A DNA stretch of 64,000 bases. It comes from an uncultured Pseudomonadales bacterium. GTDB taxonomy: Bacteria; Pseudomonadota; Gammaproteobacteria; Pseudomonadales; Azotimanducaceae. The stretch is from positions 33,162-97,161 of the forward strand of contig CASIBO010000008.1 in NCBI GenBank assembly GCA_949372755.1, written 5' to 3'. The notes beneath the pieces were generated by a model. The model was not told the origin of the DNA and searched no databases. It saw nothing but the letters and a program-made list of their open reading frames with translations. The position numbers were made by a program, and so were the translations under genes. Shown here in pieces: positions 57,392-64,000 of the stretch (position 1 is its first letter; the number at the start of each line of letters is the position of its first letter).

Positions 57392-58972
57392 ATGAAACGC
57401 ATACAAACGATATTAACCACCTGTCTTCTGGCGCTGTCTTTAATCACCAGCAGTCAGGTTGCAGCTGATAATCAAGATCTTGCTAGTGGTATTGTTCTAA
57501 AAGCAGTGACGGTGACCGATGCCACAGTCTTTAGCGAGACCGACCTAAACACTGCAATGGCACCTGCGATCGGTAAAACCGTCTATATTGAAGACATCCT
57601 AGGGATGGTCGACGCCGTTACCGCGCTTTACGTCGAGGCCGGCTACATCACCTCTGGCGCTATTCTGCCTAATCAAGATGTTGCTGATGGCCGTATTACG
57701 ATTGCGGTCGTTGAAGGGCAGCTAAATGGCGTGATCATCAATAGCGCAGGGCGTTTAAAAACGGCTTTCATTGAGTCTAAGATTAAGGCCACCGCCAGCG
57801 GCCCGCTCAATCTTGCGGATTTGCAGAGGGCGATCTCTCGACTTGAGGCGGAACCAACAATTTCCCATGTGCGGGGCGATTTAAAGCCGGGCGACACGCG
57901 GGGCACGTCGATTTTGGATCTTGAAGTCGTCGAAGCCGATGCGTTTAAAATTTTGGTTGGCGCCGACAATTACAAAAGCCCCAGTGTGGGTGAGGGCCAA
58001 GCCGTTGTCTCGCTTGCACATTTAAACCTGCTGGGCTTCAACGATCAGCTGAATGTTAGTGCTCAGCGGAGTGATGGCGTGGATGCCATATCGGTTCGCT
58101 ACGATGTACCCATTTCGATCTTACGATCTCGCCTGGCGGTCTATCATAGCCAAGGTGACACCTTGGTGGTTGAAGAGCCTTTTGATGAAATTTTTCTCGA
58201 AAGCGAGACCGACACGTCCGGGATTCAACTTTCCTCAACTTGGCGAGAAGACAATGGGCGGTCTTGGCGAACGAATCTGTCTTGGGAAACCAAGGAGAGC
58301 CTCACGACGTTGCTCGGTTTGCCCTTTGACTTTTCGCCCGGGTCTCGCCTGGGTGTGACCGAAGCCAGTGTGCTCGGCTTCAATGTTGAATATAGCCAGC
58401 GCGGCGATGGTATGGGATTCATGCTTCGTGCTGGCTTGCGTTCAGGCAGCGATGACAAGGGCCAGGGCAATGCAGCCGATGAGGGTGATTTCAGTCTCTA
58501 TCAGGTGCAAACCCAGTGGATTAAGCGTTTAAACCAAGATCCGCTGCAACCCGCGTGGCTGCTCAACTTTAATCTCAATTATCAGGAAACGAGCGACACG
58601 TTACCGGCATTTGAACGCATGGGCTTGGGCGGTCATGGCACGGTGCGGGGTTTTCGGGAAAATCGTTGGCTAAAAGACTCGGGGCTGACCGCATCGCTGA
58701 TGCTCAGTGCGCCGCTGCTGGAAGCGGGTAGTCAAAACGGTATCGCCGTGCGTGCGATGCTGTTTTACGACTACGGTCGAGGGGAGAACTCGGTGGCAGC
58801 GCTTAATGTTGATACCGAGGTTTCGCTTAGAAGCGCAGGCTTTGGGTTAACCGCCGACTATCAAAAATTGAAGTTTCGAATTGAACGCGCGCTGCGCCTG
58901 AACAAGAAAGACAAACTCGGCAATGCCTTACAAGACAGCGGTATCCATGTGGGAGTGACGTATGAACTCTAA
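57392..58972 (+). CDS. ShlB/FhaC/HecB-family two-partner secretion outer-membrane transporter (TpsB)
   Basis: Signal peptide, POTRA-like N-terminus, a beta-barrel with the GLGGHGTVRGF motif, and a terminal YEL. Confidence 0.88.
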   Translation: MKRIQTILTTCLLALSLITSSQVAADNQDLASGIVLKAVTVTDATVFSETDLNTAMAPAIGKTVYIEDILGMVDAVTALYVEAGYITSGAILPNQDVADGRITIAVVEGQLNGVIINSAGRLKTAFIESKIKATASGPLNLADLQRAISRLEAEPTISHVRGDLKPGDTRGTSILDLEVVEADAFKILVGADNYKSPSVGEGQAVVSLAHLNLLGFNDQLNVSAQRSDGVDAISVRYDVPISILRSRLAVYHSQGDTLVVEEPFDEIFLESETDTSGIQLSSTWREDNGRSWRTNLSWETKESLTTLLGLPFDFSPGSRLGVTEASVLGFNVEYSQRGDGMGFMLRAGLRSGSDDKGQGNAADEGDFSLYQVQTQWIKRLNQDPLQPAWLLNFNLNYQETSDTLPAFERMGLGGHGTVRGFRENRWLKDSGLTASLMLSAPLLEAGSQNGIAVRAMLFYDYGRGENSVAALNVDTEVSLRSAGFGLTADYQKLKFRIERALRLNKKDKLGNALQDSGIHVGVTYEL

Positions 58973-61358
58973 AATGACTTTTCGATCGATCGCCTATTCG
59001 GCAACGTGTTCTGCTTGGTTGCTTGCCAGTTCAGCGGTTATCGCCGATATCACGCTTCAGGAAACGGGCGAAACCTTAACCGGGGACATGACCATCAGCC
59101 AAGAGATGGGGCTGACCCAAGGTACAAACTTGTTGCACACCTTTTTAGCTTTTAACGTTGATCCGGGTGAATCAGCGACCTTTACGGGTAGCAATGCCAT
59201 TACTAATATTGTTGCGCGGGTAAGTGGTGATGGGGCCTCCCAAATCGATGGGTTATTACGCTCAACCATTACCGATGCGAACTTGTTCCTGATTAATCCC
59301 AACGGGGTTGCGTTTGGGGCGGGCGCCAGTATTGATATTAACGGCAGCCTGCACATCTCAACAGCGGACAGCATTGTCTTCGGGGATGATTCCAGGCTGT
59401 TGGTGTCGGACACCGGTGCCAGTGGCTTTACCGCTGCGGCGCCATCGGCCTTTGGTTTTTCAGGGGTTGGGGCTGGCATCACCTTCGACGGCACGATGAT
59501 TTCAACCCTCAACACGGATCGCGCGGCAGGCCTTTCCCTAGTGGGCGGTGATATTACGTTGTCTGAGAGCTCGATTACGTTTGCCGGTGGCACCATTGAC
59601 CTGATTGCGACCCAGGGCGAGCAGGATGTGGCCATCACGATGGCAGATCGCAGCTTTGACAACACGGCCCTAGGCGCGATTACGATTACCAATGCAGAAT
59701 TCGTGGCCGGCAAGGTTGATCTGGACGTCAGTGGCGATGCGGCAGGGCAGTTATCGCTTGCCGGCGCCAACGTGACCTTAGAGCGCGCGTTCGTGTTTTC
59801 CGATACCGAAGGCACCGGCACCGGTGGCGCCATTAATGTGCTTGCGACCGAGGCGTTAACGTTAATCGAGGGTGCGCGGATTACCACCGATACCACAGGT
59901 GGCGGCGCGGGCGGTGACCTGGTCATCCTGGCTGGCGATGTGTCGCTATCGGGCACCAACACAGCACTTGCCGCAAGTACGATTTCGGCTGGAGGCATTG
60001 CCGGCAGCATTGACGTGACAGCCAATAGTATTGACATCCTTGACGGCGCTCAGGTGAGCTCGGTAACCAGTACGGCCAGTCCGGGCGGTGATATTACCCT
60101 CAACACCGGTGATTTAACGATGGCGTCTGGTGGCCAAATCTCGGGGCAAGCAACCTCGCGCGGGCAAGGCGCTGATGTGGTCATTAACGCAACCGAATCA
60201 ATTGTCATTGATGCCACCGGTACCAACCCAGGCGAAGAGACTGGGATCCGGGTCGACAGCATTAATTTCTTACCGTTCTTCGTGGGCGGGGATGCGGGCG
60301 ATATTGTCATTACAGCCCCCAGCTTAACGCTAAAGGGCAGTGCGGTGATTGCAGCGCAAGCGTCCTTGCCCAGTTCAGGCGCACCTGGCGCCATCACGTT
60401 GAATGTCGAGCAACTGGCAATTGAAGGCGGTAGCTCTGTTTCAACCTTATCGAGCGCAAGTGCCGATGCGGGCGCAATCTCCGTTAATGCGAGCACCGTA
60501 TCCCTTATCGGCGCGGGTTCTGGGTTTAACTCAACCACGCGGCGAAGCGGTGGGGGCGGCAGCATTGTCGTTATGGCCGATAATTTCACGATGAGCGGCG
60601 GCGCAACGGCAGATACCTCGACAGAAGGCGCTGGGGCTGCCGGTAATATCAGTATTGATGTCACGGGTTCGGTCAACTTGACGGATGCGAGCTCTGAACT
60701 TGCCAGTCGGTCAAGCGGTGAAGGCAGGGGAGGTAATATCAGTGTCTCGGGTGAATCCTTAACGTTTAGTAACAACGGCGTGCTGTCGGTCACCGCAAGT
60801 GGCGCCGGAGACGCCGGTAACATCAGCCTTATGGCCCTGAACCGGCTGGAAGTATTGGATGGCGCGCAGGTTCAAACCAATGCTGAAAACTCGGGTGGGG
60901 GTAATATTGATGTTGCGGTCATCGATACCATCTATTTGCGCAACGGTACCCTGACGGCTTCCGCTGGTGGCGCTGAGGGCAGTAGCAACGGCGGTAATAT
61001 CAACATCGACCCCAGATTCCTGATTTTAGACAACGCAAGCATTGTGGCCCAGGCGGTTGCAGGCAATGGCGGTGTGATCGAATTGGTCGCAGACAACTAT
61101 ATCGCCGACATTAACAGCTTCTTGGATGCCTCTAGCGAGCTTGGGAATGATGGCGAGGTGCGCATTACAACACCTTATAACTCCATCTCTGGCGTTTTAG
61201 GCACGCTCAACGCGAACTTCGATGCGGTGGCGCAGATCGCAACCGATGCGTGCTCCGCGCGTAATTTAGAGCAGCGTAGCAGCCTGATCGTTGAGCAGAA
61301 ACGCGGCAACCTTAATGCGCCGGGTGATTTAAGGCCGATTCAGGGCGAAGAGTGCTAG
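58962..61358 (+). CDS. filamentous-hemagglutinin N-terminal (TPS) domain protein, beta-helical TpsA exoprotein
   Basis: The TPS domain reads GTNLLHTFLAFNV..GESATF....IVARVSG...SQIDG......NLFLINPNGVAFG. A Gly/Ala/Ser/Thr-rich beta-helix repeat region follows. It overlaps tpsB by 11 nt. Confidence 0.85.
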   Translation: MNSKMTFRSIAYSATCSAWLLASSAVIADITLQETGETLTGDMTISQEMGLTQGTNLLHTFLAFNVDPGESATFTGSNAITNIVARVSGDGASQIDGLLRSTITDANLFLINPNGVAFGAGASIDINGSLHISTADSIVFGDDSRLLVSDTGASGFTAAAPSAFGFSGVGAGITFDGTMISTLNTDRAAGLSLVGGDITLSESSITFAGGTIDLIATQGEQDVAITMADRSFDNTALGAITITNAEFVAGKVDLDVSGDAAGQLSLAGANVTLERAFVFSDTEGTGTGGAINVLATEALTLIEGARITTDTTGGGAGGDLVILAGDVSLSGTNTALAASTISAGGIAGSIDVTANSIDILDGAQVSSVTSTASPGGDITLNTGDLTMASGGQISGQATSRGQGADVVINATESIVIDATGTNPGEETGIRVDSINFLPFFVGGDAGDIVITAPSLTLKGSAVIAAQASLPSSGAPGAITLNVEQLAIEGGSSVSTLSSASADAGAISVNASTVSLIGAGSGFNSTTRRSGGGGSIVVMADNFTMSGGATADTSTEGAGAAGNISIDVTGSVNLTDASSELASRSSGEGRGGNISVSGESLTFSNNGVLSVTASGAGDAGNISLMALNRLEVLDGAQVQTNAENSGGGNIDVAVIDTIYLRNGTLTASAGGAEGSSNGGNINIDPRFLILDNASIVAQAVAGNGGVIELVADNYIADINSFLDASSELGNDGEVRITTPYNSISGVLGTLNANFDAVAQIATDACSARNLEQRSSLIVEQKRGNLNAPGDLRPIQGEEC

Positions 61359-61592
61359 CTGGATAGACCTTGCTCTCAAAGGGTGGTTAAAAGCTGCGAA
61401 GCCTCTTAGCAGTGAACGAAAAAAGATCTATAGGCTTCAATTGCGCGTGATCAGTGTCTTCATGGCTTAATTTAAAGCGAGCGGTGGTGGTCGCTAAGCC
61501 GCCAAGCCCTTCCGAGCACAGTTCCTAGAGTGCATTAACACCTAAGGACTTTTATTCTATGCCAGCCTACCCGATCAGATTGAGACATTGGA

Positions 61593-64000
61593 GTGAACGC
61601 TATCAACAAGCCGACTAAGCCGATTGGGATTAAAAGCCAACTAAAGGTCTTATTGGGATTAACGGTATTAATTGGCAGTTTTTTTTCCTCAGCTGTCTCC
61701 GCGGCCGATGCTTTCGAGCCAAACGATGCGCTGAGTCAAGCCACGCTATTGGTGGTTGGTAACCCTAATCCGCAGCCACATACTTTAGATCCTGACAAGG
61801 ACGTTGACTGGTTCAGGTTTAATGCACAGTTTTTCGAAGTCTATGACATCAGGACACTTGGGCTCGGCGCAACAGTTGACCTTGCTATTGAGGTTTTCGA
61901 TGAGAATGGTGATCGCGTTGGTGAAGTTGAAGACTCCGGTTTTAAAGGCGAGGCAGAGGCGTTTTCTTTTCGTGCACCGTCAACTGGTACATTTTACCTC
62001 AAGGTATATGACTATTATTGTATTAATGGTGGTGATGGCTGCGCCGCGCCAAGAGGCGATGAAGCAGCCTATAGCATTCTGATCTTTATACCTATCGGCG
62101 CAGTGGGTGGCGCTGATTTGGCGATCGTTCATGAATCTGCGACGGAGGGTGTTGTAGGGACCCCATTCTCACTTGGTATTGAAGTGACAAATAATGGCGG
62201 CCAAGAAGAAGACGACACAGCGGACAACCTCTTAATCCTTACCTATTCTGAGCCGCAATTGCCAAAGCCTGCAAGCCTGCCTGAAGGATGCGAGGGCGAG
62301 GTAGGGCTCGTGATGTGTACTAAAGACCAGTTGGTCGCCGAGGATCGTTTTGGTTACACCCTCAATTTTGAATTTTCGGATGTTGGCAAAGTTCGGTTCA
62401 CCAGCACCGTGGCCGCCTTCGAAAATCCAGATTACACCCTGCAGCAAGCGGATGATCAGTGGTCAAATAATGTCGTTGACGAGGTCGTGACTATTAGCGA
62501 GGGCTCGGGCGGCGGCATTACGGATAGCGATAATGATGGTGAACCCGATAGCACTGATAACTGTCCCAATACCGCTAATGCAAACCAAACAGACACCGAT
62601 AACGATGACGAGGGCGATGCCTGCGATAAGGACGATGATGGGGATGACATTGCGGATAGCGCCGACAATTGTCCCCTGATCAAAAACACAAACCAAACCA
62701 ATACGGATGATGACAGCAAGGGTGATGCCTGCGACACCGACGATGATGACGACGCGTTGCTCGACGGCGCGGACAATTGTCCCCTGATTGCTAACGCTGG
62801 CCAAGCTAACAACGATGATGATGCGAACGGCGACGCGTGTGATGCCGACGATGATAACGACGCAATACTGGATGAGGTGGACAATTGCACCTTGATTGCG
62901 AATGCGGAACAGGCGGATGCGGATCTTGATGGAGATGGGAATGCGTGTGACACAGACATTGATGGCGACCAGGTGCTCAACAATGTCGACAATTGCCCGC
63001 TGATTGAAAACCAAAATCAAGCCGATGAGGACCTTGATGGGGATGGCGATGCGTGTGATGCCGATATTGACGATGACCAGGTGTTCAACGACGCCGACAA
63101 TTGCCCCTTTGACCCGAATACCGATCAAGCTGATTTAGATAAAGACAATACGGGCGACGCGTGTGATGCCGATATCGACGGCGATGCTGTGCTCAATGGG
63201 GATGACAACTGCAAGCTGATCGTGAATGCGGATCAAGCCGATGAAGATGAGGATGGGCTCGGGGATGCGTGTGATGAGAATAGCGCCCTCGACAGTGACG
63301 AGGACGGAATAAACGACGATCTGGACAATTGCCCGAATGATGCCAATGCCGATCAAGCGGATGCGGATAATGATGGTGTGGGCGATATTTGTGATACCAG
63401 TCCAAATGATTCCGATGATGACGGCATTGATGATGATGTAGACAACTGCCCATTAGTTGATAACAGCGATCAGTTTGATTTTGATGATGATGCGGTGGGG
63501 GATGCCTGTGATGCTGATGCCGATGGTGACTCGATTGGTGATGCGGAGGATTTGTTTCCCTTTGACGCGAGAGGGGGGCTGGACGCGGACAATGATGGTA
63601 TGGCCGATGAATGGGAGGCGCTCAACGGTTTAGATAGTGTGGATGCCGCTGATGCGAGCTCGGATGCGGACGGTGATGGGTTAACAGCGCTCGAGGAGTT
63701 TGAGGGCGAAACCGACCCCAACCAGTCGGATCTGCTGGCCCAGAGTCTTACGTTTGAGGCGCCGAAATTCTTGGTGATCGGTCAAGCCGCAACGATCAAG
63801 CTTTTTTACGTCGCGGCAGATGGTCAAAGCACCACGGGACTTGCATTTAGAGTGCATTACGATAAAGCGGTCCTAAACGGCTTGATTGGTGATTATTTCT
63901 CAGTGTTTCAAGAGGGTGGGATCCGCCTTGGCGGGGTGGCATTCGACGATATCGAAGATCTCGACAATGACCCGCTTACCGACACCTATGAGGTGTTCGC
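61593..64000 (+). CDS. secreted PPC-domain / canonical TSP3-repeat / cohesin-like protein (3' end outside the window)
   Basis: This ORF is not in the supplied track because it has no stop in the window, so I translated it by eye. It has a signal-like VLLGLTVLIGSFFSSAVSAADA, a PPC motif FEPND...DVDWFRF, about 10 repeats of DNCP...N..Q.D.D.DG.GDACD, and then a FRVHYDKAVL cohesin-like segment. The start codon is uncertain: GTG at 61593, with an in-frame TGA at 61581. Confidence 0.75.
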   Translation, partial: MNAINKPTKPIGIKSQLKVLLGLTVLIGSFFSSAVSAADAFEPNDALSQATLLVVGNPNPQPHTLDPDKDVDWFRFNAQFFEVYDIRTLGLGATVDLAIEVFDENGDRVGEVEDSGFKGEAEAFSFRAPSTGTFYLKVYDYYCINGGDGCAAPRGDEAAYSILIFIPIGAVGGADLAIVHESATEGVVGTPFSLGIEVTNNGGQEEDDTADNLLILTYSEPQLPKPASLPEGCEGEVGLVMCTKDQLVAEDRFGYTLNFEFSDVGKVRFTSTVAAFENPDYTLQQADDQWSNNVVDEVVTISEGSGGGITDSDNDGEPDSTDNCPNTANANQTDTDNDDEGDACDKDDDGDDIADSADNCPLIKNTNQTNTDDDSKGDACDTDDDDDALLDGADNCPLIANAGQANNDDDANGDACDADDDNDAILDEVDNCTLIANAEQADADLDGDGNACDTDIDGDQVLNNVDNCPLIENQNQADEDLDGDGDACDADIDDDQVFNDADNCPFDPNTDQADLDKDNTGDACDADIDGDAVLNGDDNCKLIVNADQADEDEDGLGDACDENSALDSDEDGINDDLDNCPNDANADQADADNDGVGDICDTSPNDSDDDGIDDDVDNCPLVDNSDQFDFDDDAVGDACDADADGDSIGDAEDLFPFDARGGLDADNDGMADEWEALNGLDSVDAADASSDADGDGLTALEEFEGETDPNQSDLLAQSLTFEAPKFLVIGQAATIKLFYVAADGQSTTGLAFRVHYDKAVLNGLIGDYFSVFQEGGIRLGGVAFDDIEDLDNDPLTDTYEVF

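Noticed and set aside
59057-60823. Two antisense ORFs of 326 and 257 aa inside the TpsA gene.
   Set aside because: They are Ala/Ser/Pro/Val-rich mirror frames of the GC-rich beta-helix repeats. The sense frame has a clear TPS domain and a coupled start.

Overview
The window looks like chromosomal DNA from a Gram-negative, probably marine gammaproteobacterium; the taxon is inferred from gene content only. I saw no rRNA, tRNA, CRISPR array, transposase or integrase.

There are three parts:

- **1-22.7 kb, housekeeping and mixed genes.** An adrenodoxin-type ferredoxin with its reductase, a DUF3524 glycosyltransferase, rapA, thyA, a split class II ribonucleotide reductase (nrdJa/nrdJb) with a long leader, an SDR, an acyl-CoA synthetase, a spermidine-synthase-like pair, two ABC exporter half-transporters, DUF1853, an esterase, and an FAD-oxidoreductase::SelD fusion.
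- **22.7-43.8 kb, an oxygenase- and dehydrogenase-rich block.** Two Rieske oxygenase alpha subunits, a P450, four SDRs, an LLM monooxygenase, a Zn-ADH, an amidohydrolase, cupin and SnoaL-like proteins, and an APH-like kinase. It is interrupted by tag and by a TlpA-DUF4266-DUF3570-ApbE-CxxCH/TSP3 envelope operon.
- **44-64 kb, the most unusual part.** This is a contiguous block of very large, calcium-binding (thrombospondin type 3 repeat) exported proteins:
  - a roughly 2015-aa protein with four near-identical PPC-like repeats, a clan-CD (C13-like) peptidase domain and an HEWGH metallopeptidase domain
  - a translationally coupled lipoprotein
  - a 1218-aa HYR/Calx-beta surface protein whose C-terminal Cys-containing sorting signal lies directly upstream of a small CPBP intramembrane protease
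  - a TPR-CHAT protein followed by a TpsB/TpsA two-partner secretion pair
  - a further PPC/TSP3 protein that runs off the window

Dockerin-like paired repeats and cohesin-like domains are spread among these proteins. This suggests, as a hypothesis only, an assembled cell-surface proteolytic or adhesive system. All family assignments come from reading motifs in the translations. No database search was run.
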